Of a stretch of DNA of 64,000 bases, positions 17,162-26,743 are shown piece after piece (the stretch's first letter is position 1; each line of letters opens with the position of its first letter). A program made the position numbers and the translations under genes. Under the pieces are notes generated by a model. It worked only from the letters and a program-made list of their open reading frames with translations. It did no database searches and was not told where the DNA came from. This stretch comes from Burkholderiales bacterium (GTDB taxonomy: Bacteria; Pseudomonadota; Gammaproteobacteria; Burkholderiales; SG8-41), in the NCBI GenBank assembly GCA_019634975.1, contig JAHCAI010000005.1, forward strand, positions 177,719-241,718, written 5' to 3'.

Positions 17162-18384
17162 TGCGCAAACCGCTGACGGGCCTGCGCGTGCTCGACATGA
17201 GCCGCATCCTCGCCGGCCCCTGGTGCGGCCAGGTGCTGGCCGACCTCGGCGCCGAGGTGATCAAGATCGAGCGTCCCGGCAAGGGCGACGACACCCGCGG
17301 CTGGGGGCCACCCTTCCTGAAAGACCGCGAAGGTCGCGACACTGCGGAATCCGCGTACTACCTCTGCGCCAACCGCGGCAAGCAGTCGGTGACGCTGGAC
17401 ATTGCCAAGCCCGAAGGCCAGGCCATCGCGCGTGAGCTCGCGCAGCGGGCCGACATCCTGCTCGAGAACTACAAGGTCGGCGACCTCAAGCGTTACAGCC
17501 TCGGCTACGACACCCTGTCCGCACTCAATCCGCGGCTGATCTACTGCTCGATCACCGGCTTCGGCCAGGACGGGCCGCTGAAAGACCGCGCCGGCTACGA
17601 TTTCATGGTGCAGGGCATGGGCGGACTGATGAGCATCACCGGCGAACGCGACGACCTGCCCGGCGGCGGCCCGCAAAAGGCCGGCGTCGCCATCGCCGAC
17701 CTGATGACCGGCATGTATTCGACTGTTGCCATACTGGCGGCGCTCGAGGAACGCCACAACAGCGGCCGCGGCCAGTACATCGACATGGCGCTGCTCGACA
17801 CCCAGGTCGCCTGGCTCGCCAACCAGAACACCAACTACCTGATCGGCGGCGAGGTGCCCGTGCGCATGGGCAATGCGCACCCCAATGTCGTGCCCTACCA
17901 GACTTTCGCCACGCAGGACGGCAGCATCATTCTCGCCGTCGGCAATGACGGCCAGTTCAAGCGCTTCTGCGAGGCCGCAGGCATCCCGGACACAGGCAGC
18001 GATCCGCGCTTCGCGAGCAACGCGCTGCGCATCGCCAACCGCGAAGCCTGCATCGCGACCATCACGCCAGCGATGAAACGCAAAACCACCGCGGAATGGA
18101 TCGCCGTGCTCGAACCGCTGGGCGTGCCCTGCGGCCCGGTCCATCGCCTCGACGAAGTTTTCGCCAATCCGCAGATCCGGCACCGGAACATGAAGGTGAA
18201 CGTGCCGCACCCGCTGTCGGGCACGGTGCCGCTGGTGGCGAATCCGATCAAGTACTCGCGGACGCCGCTGTCCTATGAAACGCCGCCGCCGCTGCTGTCG
18301 CAGCACACCGAAGACGTGCTGCGCGGCCTGCTCGGCAAAAGCGACGCCGAGATCGCGGCGCTGCGTGCCGCCGGCATCATCTGA
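17158..18384 (+). CDS. Family III CoA-transferase (CaiB/BaiF)
   Basis: 408 aa. GLRVLDMSRILAGPWCGQVLADLGAEVIKIERP, GYDFMVQGMGGLMSITG. The ATG overlaps the upstream stop (GTGATG). Confidence 0.9.
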   Translation: MMRKPLTGLRVLDMSRILAGPWCGQVLADLGAEVIKIERPGKGDDTRGWGPPFLKDREGRDTAESAYYLCANRGKQSVTLDIAKPEGQAIARELAQRADILLENYKVGDLKRYSLGYDTLSALNPRLIYCSITGFGQDGPLKDRAGYDFMVQGMGGLMSITGERDDLPGGGPQKAGVAIADLMTGMYSTVAILAALEERHNSGRGQYIDMALLDTQVAWLANQNTNYLIGGEVPVRMGNAHPNVVPYQTFATQDGSIILAVGNDGQFKRFCEAAGIPDTGSDPRFASNALRIANREACIATITPAMKRKTTAEWIAVLEPLGVPCGPVHRLDEVFANPQIRHRNMKVNVPHPLSGTVPLVANPIKYSRTPLSYETPPPLLSQHTEDVLRGLLGKSDAEIAALRAAGII

Positions 18385-18441
18385 ACGAAAGAATACAGGC
18401 GGATCAGTCTGATGGCCGTATTTTGCCGGTTGCGTTCCGGC

Positions 18442-19413
18442 TTACTGCCGCGAGGCTTTTTTCAGTCCGGATCTTCCGGATGACCCGGAGTTGGGCCGCG
18501 GCTGATATCGCGGTGATGCACCATCCGCGGAATTCCCTGCAGCCCGCCCCTCTGCGGCAAGCCAGTCGCAGAACTCCCTGACTTTCGCTTCCGATTCCCG
18601 CCCCCTCCTGCAAATCACGTAGTAGCCGGGCGTGGCCACAACCAGCCTCGGGAAAGGCATTTGCAGTTTGCCCGAGCGCAGTTCTCCACCAATCATCGAA
18701 AGGGGTCCCATCGCAACCCCCATGCCATCCCCCGCCGCCTCCAGAGCCAGTGCGCTGTGATCAAATCGCAGCAGCTGCTTGGGCGCAAGGCCCGAGGCCC
18801 CAGCAGCGTCGAGCCACGCGTTCCAGTCGGCAGGACGCGCCTCCGCATGCAGCCAGACTTGCTGGCGCAGGTCGGACACCTGGCGCAGCCGGGCACTCAG
18901 TCTCGGATGGCAAACCGGGGTTATGGCCTCCTGCAGCACGAGGCGGCTGTAAACGCCCTTCCAGGTGTCGGGGCCGCGCCGGATCACGACATCTGCGCCG
19001 CGCAAGGCAAGGTTCACACTCTCGCGGCGGGTGCTGAGCCGGGTTTCGAGCAGGGGAAAACGGATCTGGAACCGGGACAAGCGGGGCACCAGCCACTGGA
19101 TGGTGAACGTCGGCGGCGCGCTGATGTCCAGAACGTCCGGAAATCCCTGCCGGGAAACCTTGGTCGTCGCCGCGGCAATGCGGTCCAGTGCGTCCGAGAT
19201 TTCGGTCTGGTAGGCCTTGCCCGCCGCGGTCAACACAACGCCGCCCGGACTCCTGCGAAACAACTCCAGTCCCAATCGGTCCTCAAGCAGGCTGACCTGC
19301 TTGCTGACCGCGCCGTGCGTCACCGACAGTTCCGCAGCGGCACGAGAAAAACTCTCGTGCCGGGCGGCGGCCTCGAAGGCGCGCAAGGCGTTTAGTGGCG
19401 GCAGGCGGCGCAT
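18442..19413 (-). CDS. LysR-family transcriptional regulator (GcvA-like)
   Basis: 323 aa. N-terminal wHTH LPPLNALRAFEAAARHESFSRAAAELSVTHGAVSKQV. Divergent from the Bug/dehydrogenase genes. Confidence 0.9.
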   Translation of the reverse strand: MRRLPPLNALRAFEAAARHESFSRAAAELSVTHGAVSKQVSLLEDRLGLELFRRSPGGVVLTAAGKAYQTEISDALDRIAAATTKVSRQGFPDVLDISAPPTFTIQWLVPRLSRFQIRFPLLETRLSTRRESVNLALRGADVVIRRGPDTWKGVYSRLVLQEAITPVCHPRLSARLRQVSDLRQQVWLHAEARPADWNAWLDAAGASGLAPKQLLRFDHSALALEAAGDGMGVAMGPLSMIGGELRSGKLQMPFPRLVVATPGYYVICRRGRESEAKVREFCDWLAAEGRAAGNSADGASPRYQPRPNSGSSGRSGLKKASRQ

Positions 19414-19419
19414 GCTTGC

Positions 19420-19434
19420 GTGAGTTTATCTCAC
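19420..19434. promoter_or_regulatory. Candidate LysR box (T-N11-A within an inverted repeat)
   Basis: GTGAGtttatCTCAC lies 7 nt upstream of the LysR start codon, in the divergent intergenic region. Confidence 0.35.
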
Positions 19435-19542
19435 ATCATTCCCCACCGATACTCGCTTGCCGCGCCTCTCCCACGGACCGATCATGCCGGACGCAGCCAT
19501 CGCACAAACGAGAGGGGCCTGACAGGCTCCGGAGGAGAATCC

Positions 19543-20523
19543 ATGAACCTGCAATTGCCTTCGCTTTCACTGGCCCGGCGCATAACCGCCTGCCTCCTGA
19601 TCACGGTCATGCCAGGAATCCTGCATGCCGCACAACCCTATCCGACCAAGCCGGTGCGGCTGATCGTGCCGTTTGCGCCGGGCGGCGGCACCGACATCAT
19701 GGCGCGCACCCTGAGCCAGAAGCTGGTCGAACTCTGGCGCCAGCAGATCGTCGTCGACAACCGCGGCGGCGCAGGAACGGTGATCGGCACCGAACTGACC
19801 GTACGGTCGCCGGCCGATGGCTACACGCTCATGCTGGCCAACATCGCGATGGCGCTGAATCCGGGGCTGCGCGAGAAACTGCCGTACGATGCGCTGCGCG
19901 ATCTGGCGCCCGTGATCCTCATCGCCTCACAACCCAGCGCAGTTGCGGTCAATCCGACAGTGCCTGCAAAAACCGTCAAGGAACTGATCAAACTGGCAAA
20001 AGCCGACAAACTGAGCTTCGCGTCATCCGGCATCGGCGGCGTAGGGCACATCGGCGGGGAAATGTTCCGGATTGCCATCGGCGCCGACATGGTGCACGTG
20101 CCCTACAAGGGCGGCGGGCCGGCCGCAGTTGACCTGATGGCCGGTCAGGTGCCGGTTGCATTCATCAGCCTGCCGACCGTCACCCCTCATGCGCGAAACG
20201 GCAGACTCCGGATTGTCGCCATCACGGACAGCGCCCGCTCGGCGGCTGCCCCGGACATCCCCACGGTTTCAGAAACTGTCAAAGGCTACGCCGTCGACAA
20301 CTGGATCGGCATGCTTGCGCCGGCCAAGGTGCCCGGGGAAATCATCACCCGCCTCAACGGCGATGTGCTGAAGCTGATCGGCCAGGCGGACATGAAGCAG
20401 CGCCTCACCGACCAGGGCTTCGACGTGCGCGGCAGCTCGCCCGGGGAATTTGGCGAGGTGATCCGGAGCGACATCGAGAAATATACGAAAGTCATCCGTC
20501 AGGCCGGCATCAAGGCCAACTGA
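19543..20523 (+). CDS. Bug-family (TctC) tripartite tricarboxylate transporter substrate-binding protein
   Basis: ORF 19420-20523. ATG 19543 follows GGAGGAG. Signal peptide, then YPTKPVRLIVPFAPGGGTDIMAR, the family hallmark. Confidence 0.9.
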   Translation: MNLQLPSLSLARRITACLLITVMPGILHAAQPYPTKPVRLIVPFAPGGGTDIMARTLSQKLVELWRQQIVVDNRGGAGTVIGTELTVRSPADGYTLMLANIAMALNPGLREKLPYDALRDLAPVILIASQPSAVAVNPTVPAKTVKELIKLAKADKLSFASSGIGGVGHIGGEMFRIAIGADMVHVPYKGGGPAAVDLMAGQVPVAFISLPTVTPHARNGRLRIVAITDSARSAAAPDIPTVSETVKGYAVDNWIGMLAPAKVPGEIITRLNGDVLKLIGQADMKQRLTDQGFDVRGSSPGEFGEVIRSDIEKYTKVIRQAGIKAN

Positions 20524-20555
20524 AAGCCCTACCGCAAAACGAAAGGAACGGCAGC

Positions 20556-21626
20556 ATGGCACTCAACATCGGCATTCTCGAAGGCGACGACATCGGTCTG
20601 GAGGTCGTACCGGAATGCATCAAGGTCATGAAAGAAGCGGCATCACGCACCGGGCTGGACATCACATGGAAGCCGGTGCCCATCGCACGCAGCGCGCACG
20701 AGCAGTTCGGACACACCGTTCCCCCAGGCACGCTTGAGACCCTTTCGGCACTCGACGGCTGGGTGCTCGGCCCGATCGGCCATCGCGAGTATCCGCGCAA
20801 CGATCCCACCTGGCTCAACGCGCATCCGCTGTTCCGCACCCACTTCGGGCTCTATGCCAACTACAAGCCTTTCAAGTCCTATCCGAACCTGCCGTCGGTG
20901 CACAAGAACGTCGACATGCTGTTCCTGCGGGAAACCACCGAGGGCTTCAAGGTCGATGCCAACCTGTTCAAGGGTTACGGCGAATTCATGCCGACCGATG
21001 AACTCGCCATCGGCATTTGCGTCACCACGCGCACCAAGAGCCGCCTGATCGCCGAAGCCGCCTTCGAGGCCGCGCGCCACCGCCGGAAAAAGGTCAGCGC
21101 CGTGCACAAGAACACCGTTTACCGCATGGGTGACGGCCTGTTTGCCGAGGAATGCCGCAAGGTCGCAGCGCGCTACCCGGACATCGAGTTCGAGGAAGTG
21201 ATCGTCGATACCTGCGCGCTGCGGCTGGTGATGAAGCCGCAGCAGTACGACGTGCTGGTCACCACCAACCTCTACGGTGACATCCTCACCGACGAGGCGG
21301 CGGGACTGGTCGGCGGACTCGGCATGGCGCCCGGCGTCAATGCCAGCGGCACGCATGCGATGGCACAGGCGACCCACGGCTCCGCCCCCGACATCGCCGG
21401 CAAGGGCATCGCCAACCCCTACGCGATGATCATGTCGGGCAAGCTGCTGTTCGACTGGCTGGGCATGAAGAAAAACGAACCGAAGGCGCTCGAAGCCGGC
21501 AGGCTGGTGGAACGTGCGGTGGAAAAGGTGATCGCCGAGGGCCGCTTCCTGACCGCGGATCTGGGCGGCAACGCAAGGACCGCGGACATGGGGGATGCCG
21601 TGGCGCGTGCGGTCGGCATCACCTGA
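20556..21626 (+). CDS. Isocitrate/isopropylmalate dehydrogenase-family oxidative decarboxylase (tartrate/IPM dehydrogenase-like)
   Basis: 356 aa. Contains LFLRETTEG, NLYGDILTDEAAGLVGGLGMAPG and HGSAPDIAGKGIANP. Confidence 0.85.
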   Translation: MALNIGILEGDDIGLEVVPECIKVMKEAASRTGLDITWKPVPIARSAHEQFGHTVPPGTLETLSALDGWVLGPIGHREYPRNDPTWLNAHPLFRTHFGLYANYKPFKSYPNLPSVHKNVDMLFLRETTEGFKVDANLFKGYGEFMPTDELAIGICVTTRTKSRLIAEAAFEAARHRRKKVSAVHKNTVYRMGDGLFAEECRKVAARYPDIEFEEVIVDTCALRLVMKPQQYDVLVTTNLYGDILTDEAAGLVGGLGMAPGVNASGTHAMAQATHGSAPDIAGKGIANPYAMIMSGKLLFDWLGMKKNEPKALEAGRLVERAVEKVIAEGRFLTADLGGNARTADMGDAVARAVGIT

Positions 21627-21656
21627 CAACGCGCCGGCGCAGGAACACCCCTCACG

Positions 21657-22820
21657 TCAGAGCAGCTTGCGCATTTCCGCATACAGCGCATTCTGCGCCT
21701 CGAAGCCGATGCCCGGCCGGTCGGGCAGCTTCAGCCAGCCATCCTCGACCTGCGCATCGTCGGCGAAGCCGGCAAACATGCCGAACACGCCGGGATAGGC
21801 CTCGCAGCCGCCGAGACCGAAGCCGCCGACGATGTGCAGTGTCATCTGGTTGCCGCCGTGGGGAAACACCGACTGCGGCGACCAGCCGCGCTCCTGCATC
21901 ATTGCCAGCGTTTTCCCGAACTGCGCGATGCCGTAGGACTGGGGCACGTCGGTCTGGATGATGTCGCGGTCGGCGCGCAGGCCGCCGAAGGTGATCAGGT
22001 TCTTCACGTCCTGGGTCGAGAACAGGTTCTCGCCGGTGCCGATGGGCGCTTCATAAATGGCAGCGACTTCGGCAAGCAGCGCGTAGTCGAGCGGATCGGT
22101 CGGCTCCTCGAACCAGCGCAGCCGGTATGGCGCCAGTGCCTTCGCATAGGCCAGCGCGCGTTCGCGGTCGAAACCGGCATTGGCGTCGACCGCCAGCCGC
22201 GCGCTGTCGCCAATGAGTTTCAGCGCGGCCTCGACACGCGCGACATCCTCGGGAATCGACATCCCGCCGACCTTGATTTTCATCGTGCGGTAACCCTGGT
22301 CGAACTTTTCGCGGATCTCCGCCAGCAGTTCCGGGATGCCCTTGCCCGGCGCATACCAGCCGCCGCCGACATAGCAGGGAACCTTGCTTAAGTATTTGTT
22401 TTTATTATATTTTTTTGCAATCAGCGCATGCAGCGGCAAACCCGCGATCTTGGCCGCGGCGTCCCAGCAGGCGACTTCGATGGTGCCGATGGCGACCGAA
22501 CGCTCGGTGTGTCCACCGGGTTTTTCCCGCTGCATCATGCAGGCGAGGATTTTTTCGGGATCGAGGTTGCTGCCCGCGACGTCGAGCAATGACTCCGGCG
22601 GCGCCTTGAGGATGCGCGGGATGAAACGCGCGCGCATCTGCGCGCCGCAGGCATAACGGCCGGTGGAATTGAAGGCGAATCCCGCGACGGGTTTGCCGTC
22701 GCGGATGACGTCGGTGATCACGGCGACCACCGAGGTGGTCATTTCGCTGAAATCGAAAACGGCGTTGCGCAGATCCGATTTCAGCGCGATCGACGTTTCG
22801 CGGATGTCAACGATGCGCAT
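21657..22820 (-). CDS. Enolase-superfamily enzyme (mandelate racemase/muconate lactonizing family)
   Basis: 387 aa. Contains KIKVGG, LAVDANAGF and WFEEP metal-ligand motifs. Confidence 0.85.
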   Translation of the reverse strand: MRIVDIRETSIALKSDLRNAVFDFSEMTTSVVAVITDVIRDGKPVAGFAFNSTGRYACGAQMRARFIPRILKAPPESLLDVAGSNLDPEKILACMMQREKPGGHTERSVAIGTIEVACWDAAAKIAGLPLHALIAKKYNKNKYLSKVPCYVGGGWYAPGKGIPELLAEIREKFDQGYRTMKIKVGGMSIPEDVARVEAALKLIGDSARLAVDANAGFDRERALAYAKALAPYRLRWFEEPTDPLDYALLAEVAAIYEAPIGTGENLFSTQDVKNLITFGGLRADRDIIQTDVPQSYGIAQFGKTLAMMQERGWSPQSVFPHGGNQMTLHIVGGFGLGGCEAYPGVFGMFAGFADDAQVEDGWLKLPDRPGIGFEAQNALYAEMRKLL

Positions 22821-22853
22821 GGCAATCCGTCCCGCGCATCGCGCCCTGGCGCA

Positions 22854-23825
22854 TCAGTTGACCTTGATGCCGGCGGCCTTCACCACCTTGGTCCACTTCT
22901 CCACTTCGACCTTCACCTGCGCGGCGAACTCGGCGGGCGAGCTGGCGATGATGTCGAAACCCAGGCCTTCGATGCGCGAGCGCACGTCCGGCTGCGCCAT
23001 CATCTTGACCACCTGTCCATGCAGCCGGTCGACCACCGCCTTCGGCGTACCGGCCGGCACCAGCAGGCCCTGCAGCGTGTCGGCTTCCTGCCCCTTGAAG
23101 CCCACCTCCACCAGGGTCGGCACTTCGGGGATGGCGCCGACGCGTTTGGCGCTGGTCACCGCGATCGCGCGCAGCCGCCCGCCCTGGATGTGCGGTGTGG
23201 TCGGCGGCAGCGCGGTGCAGCCGATCGGCACCTGGTTGGCGACCACCGCCCCCACCGCGGGACCGGCGCCGCCGAAGGGCACGGTGATGAAATCGAGCTT
23301 GGTCGTCAGCTTCAGCAGCTGCGCCGACAGGTCCGGCGTGGTGCCGACGCCGGGGGTGGCCACCGAGAATTTCTTCGGATCGGCGGACACCAGCGTCAGC
23401 AGCTCCTTCATCGACTTGGCCGGTATCGTCGGGTGGATGGTGAACACGTTGGGCGAGGCCGCCATGTTCGACACCGGGATGAAGCTCTTGTAAGGATCGT
23501 AGGGAATGCTGGAATACAGGCCCGGATTCACCACGAAGCTGGAGCTGACGACGATCACGGTATGGCCGTCGGGGGATGCCGCCGCCGCCAGCCCCATGCC
23601 GATGTTGCCGCCGGCACCGGCACGATTGTCGACAACGACCTGCTGGCCGAGGCCTTCGGTCAGCTTCATCGCGACGATGCGGGCGATGACATCGGTCGGC
23701 CCGCCCGCCGCGAAGGGCACGATCATGCGCACCGGACGGTTGGGGTAATCCTGCGCGGCGGCAACCGTGGCGCCCAGGCCTGTCAGCGCCGCCATCACGG
23801 CGGCAATCATCATTCTGCGTTTCAT
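22854..23825 (-). CDS. Bug-family substrate-binding protein
   Basis: ORF 22854-23978. ATG 23825 follows GGGAGGA. MKRRMMIAAVMAALTGLGATVAAAQDYPNRPVRMIVPFAAGGPTD. Confidence 0.9.
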   Translation of the reverse strand: MKRRMMIAAVMAALTGLGATVAAAQDYPNRPVRMIVPFAAGGPTDVIARIVAMKLTEGLGQQVVVDNRAGAGGNIGMGLAAAASPDGHTVIVVSSSFVVNPGLYSSIPYDPYKSFIPVSNMAASPNVFTIHPTIPAKSMKELLTLVSADPKKFSVATPGVGTTPDLSAQLLKLTTKLDFITVPFGGAGPAVGAVVANQVPIGCTALPPTTPHIQGGRLRAIAVTSAKRVGAIPEVPTLVEVGFKGQEADTLQGLLVPAGTPKAVVDRLHGQVVKMMAQPDVRSRIEGLGFDIIASSPAEFAAQVKVEVEKWTKVVKAAGIKVN

Positions 23826-23859
23826 CGGTTCATCCTCCCGGTTTGTCGTGTGCACCCGC

Positions 23860-24837
23860 TCAGTTCGCCGTCGCACCGGAGGCGCGCACCACGCGCCCCC
23901 AGCGTTCCGTTTCGCTGGCGATGAATTTGGCGAATTCCTCCGGCGTGCTGGTCCGCGCCTCGGTGCCGCGCGCGGCAAGCTGCTTGCGCATTGCCGGATC
24001 GTTGAGCATCTTGACGAACTCGCCGTTCAGACGGTTGATGATGTCGCGCGGCGTGCCGGTCGGCGCGAGCACCCCGTACCAGGTGTCGACCGTGAACCAG
24101 GGCATGCCCGCCTCGGCGACCGTCGGCACCTCGGGCACCGCCGGATCACGGTCCTTGCCCAGAGCCGCCAGTGCGCGCAGCCTGCCCGCCTTCACATGCG
24201 GTGCGGCCGCCGCGGTGCCGATCACCAGCATGTCGACCTCGCCGGAGAGCAGCGCGATCTGCGCCTGGTTCGCACCCTTGTGCGGAATCATTTCGATCTT
24301 GAGCTTGTTCTCGGCGATGAAATAACGGGCGCCGAGGTCATTCGTGGTGCCGGGTCCGCCGGAGCCGAAGTTGAGCTTGCCGGGATTCTTGCGGGCCAGC
24401 GCGACGATCTCCTTCAGCGACCGCGCCGGAACCGAAGGGTGCACCACCATCAGGTTGGGAATCGAGGCCACCAGAGAAATCGGGGTCAGATCCTTTGCCG
24501 GATCGTAGTTGAGCTTCTTGTAGAGGCTGGGACTGATCGCGATCGACGGTGAACAGAGCACGATGGAATATCCGTCAGGCGCCTGGCGCGAGGCATATTC
24601 CGCGCCGACATTGCCGCCGGCGCCGGGCCGGTTCTCGGCGATGACCTGCTGGCCGAGGTTCTCGCCGAGCTTCTGCGCCAGCATGCGGCCGAGAATGTCA
24701 GTGCCGCCACCGGGCGGGAAAGGCAGGATCATGCGCACCGGTTTGGCAGGATAGGCCTGCGCATGCACGGATGACGCGGCAAAAACCAACGACAGCGCGG
24801 CCGCTGCAACGGCCGCGACGCTCTGAAACTTTTTCAT
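23860..24837 (-). CDS. Bug-family substrate-binding protein
   Basis: ORF 23860-24918. ATG 24837 follows GAGGAG. MKKFQSVAAVAAAALSLVFAASSVHAQAYPAKPVRMILPFPPGGGTD. Confidence 0.9.
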   Translation of the reverse strand: MKKFQSVAAVAAAALSLVFAASSVHAQAYPAKPVRMILPFPPGGGTDILGRMLAQKLGENLGQQVIAENRPGAGGNVGAEYASRQAPDGYSIVLCSPSIAISPSLYKKLNYDPAKDLTPISLVASIPNLMVVHPSVPARSLKEIVALARKNPGKLNFGSGGPGTTNDLGARYFIAENKLKIEMIPHKGANQAQIALLSGEVDMLVIGTAAAAPHVKAGRLRALAALGKDRDPAVPEVPTVAEAGMPWFTVDTWYGVLAPTGTPRDIINRLNGEFVKMLNDPAMRKQLAARGTEARTSTPEEFAKFIASETERWGRVVRASGATAN

Positions 24838-25002
24838 TTTTTTGCTCCTCGACATTACAGACACTGCGCCGGGTGGCTTGCCATTGTTCGGATTCTTGGC
24901 GCACGGCCGATTGTCCACGCGGAGCCCTGTTTGTCAAACCCGGGAAGGACGGCATGGCCAAAACGGTTAGAATGTCGACCTCCGCATTCACCGTTTTCCG
25001 CC

Positions 25003-25662
25003 ATGAAATCCCCGCGCATCGCACTGATACACGCGACGCCGCTCGCGATCGAGCCCATCGTAGCCGCCTTCGGCCGCCTGTGGCCCGAAGCACGCATCAC
25101 CAACCTGCTCGATGACTCTCTGTCGGCCGACCTCGCCGCCGAGGGCCGGCTCAGCGAAGCGATGATCGGACGCTTCCTGACACTGGGGCGCTACGTCCAT
25201 GGCAGCGGCGCCGACGCCATCCTGTTCACCTGCTCCGCCTTCGGCCCGGCGATCGAGGCCACTGCCGCCGCGCTGCCGATCCCCGTGCTCAAACCCAACG
25301 AGGCCATGCTCGACGAGGCGCTCGCCGCCGGCAGCCGTGTCGGCCTGATCGCAACCTTCGGCCCCAGCATTCCGGCGCTGAAAACCGAACTCGAGGACAT
25401 GGCCCGCGCCAAAAAGCAGGCTGTGCAGGTAGCCACCCGCACCCTGCCGGACGCCCTCGCCGCCCTGCAGCAGGGTGATGGCGCAACCCACGACCGCCTG
25501 ATCGCCGCAGCCGCCGAGACGCTGATGCCCTGCGACGCGCTGGTACTGGGCCAGTTTTCGATGGCCACGGCCGCGCGGCTGATCCCGGCAAAACCCGGCT
25601 GCCGCGTGCTGACCAGCCCGGATTCGGCGGTGATGCGGCTGAAGGACACTCTGCGCGGCTGA
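25003..25662 (+). CDS. Asp/Glu/hydantoin racemase-family protein (arylmalonate decarboxylase / maleate isomerase-like)
   Basis: ORF 24931-25662, start ATG 25003 (MKSPRIALIHATP). Two pseudo-symmetric halves with ILFTCSAFG and ALVLGQFSM. Confidence 0.7.
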   Translation: MKSPRIALIHATPLAIEPIVAAFGRLWPEARITNLLDDSLSADLAAEGRLSEAMIGRFLTLGRYVHGSGADAILFTCSAFGPAIEATAAALPIPVLKPNEAMLDEALAAGSRVGLIATFGPSIPALKTELEDMARAKKQAVQVATRTLPDALAALQQGDGATHDRLIAAAAETLMPCDALVLGQFSMATAARLIPAKPGCRVLTSPDSAVMRLKDTLRG

Positions 25663-25678
25663 GTTTTCGGCGGCGCAG

Positions 25679-25708
25679 AAAAAGCGCGGCCGCGGCCGCG
25701 CTTTTTTT
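25679..25708. terminator. Bidirectional rho-independent terminator between convergent genes
   Basis: A5-gcgcggccgcggccgcgc-T7. Confidence 0.8.
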
Positions 25709-25728
25709 CGGACTGCCAGGCAGCCGAA

Positions 25729-26721
25729 CTATGGTTCGCCCAGCAGCGACTTCGCCGTGCGCTCGCACAGCCAGGCCTTCTCCTCGGCCGTCAGCCCCGG
25801 AATGCCGTCCACCGCGGCAGGGACGTCCAGCGGCGCCATGTCGAAGGGATGGTCGGTGCCGATCACCACGCGGTCCGCGCCGACCTGGTCGATCAGGTAC
25901 TTCGCGGCCTTGGGATCGTGGGTCAGGCAGTCGAAGTAGAAGCGCTTGAACAGCTCGCGCGGCGGCGTGACATTGTTGACCTTGGGTTCGTTGCGCACCT
26001 GGTGGCCGTGGCGGAAACGCCCGATCTGGTACGGAATGAAGCCGCCGCCATGCGGCAGCACCACGCGCAGCTTGGGCATCTCGTCCATCGCGCCGCTGAA
26101 CATCAGGTGCGCGACCATCAGCGTAGTGTCCAGCGGAAAACCGACGAAGTTCGACAGGTAATAGTCCTCCATGCCGCCCTTGGCGAGGCATTGGTAGGGA
26201 TGGGCGAAGATGAAACAGCCCAGCTGCTCGATGGTCTTCAGCACCTTGCGGAACTTCGGCGCGGCGAGCGGCGTGCCCTCGATCGAGGTCGCCAGCTCCA
26301 CCGCCTTGAAGCCGTGCTCCTTCACCACGCGTTCGAGCTCGGCGATCGCCGCATCCGGATCCTGCATCGGCAGGTGGGCCATGCCGCGCAGCCGCGACGG
26401 GTGTTTCGCCACCATCTGCGCGATGCCGTCGTTGGCCAGCTGCGCCGCGTAGAGCCCAGCGTCCGCTGGCAGCCAGTAGAAATAGATCGGCGGCCCGACC
26501 GAGATCGCCGATACATCGAGCCTGTTGCGGCTCATCCACTCGACCTTGGCGTCGGCGTCATAGAAATCCGGGCTCAGCACCGCCGGCCGGCCGTGCACGT
26601 CGAAGTATTTCTTGCCGTCCTTCTCCCAGATGCTGGTCTGGAAACGCTTGGGATCCTTCTCCATCGCCGCGATGATGGTCGGCGGGATGACATGGCTGTG
26701 CAGGTCGTAACGCTGGGTCAT
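25729..26721 (-). CDS. Amidohydrolase-2 family protein (ACMSD/LigW-type decarboxylase or hydrolase)
   Basis: 330 aa. DLHSHVIP at the N-terminus, later HGGG and GTDHPFD metal-ligand motifs. Confidence 0.85.
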   Translation of the reverse strand: MTQRYDLHSHVIPPTIIAAMEKDPKRFQTSIWEKDGKKYFDVHGRPAVLSPDFYDADAKVEWMSRNRLDVSAISVGPPIYFYWLPADAGLYAAQLANDGIAQMVAKHPSRLRGMAHLPMQDPDAAIAELERVVKEHGFKAVELATSIEGTPLAAPKFRKVLKTIEQLGCFIFAHPYQCLAKGGMEDYYLSNFVGFPLDTTLMVAHLMFSGAMDEMPKLRVVLPHGGGFIPYQIGRFRHGHQVRNEPKVNNVTPPRELFKRFYFDCLTHDPKAAKYLIDQVGADRVVIGTDHPFDMAPLDVPAAVDGIPGLTAEEKAWLCERTAKSLLGEP

Positions 26722-26743
26722 GCGAATCCTCCCAATGGGCGAG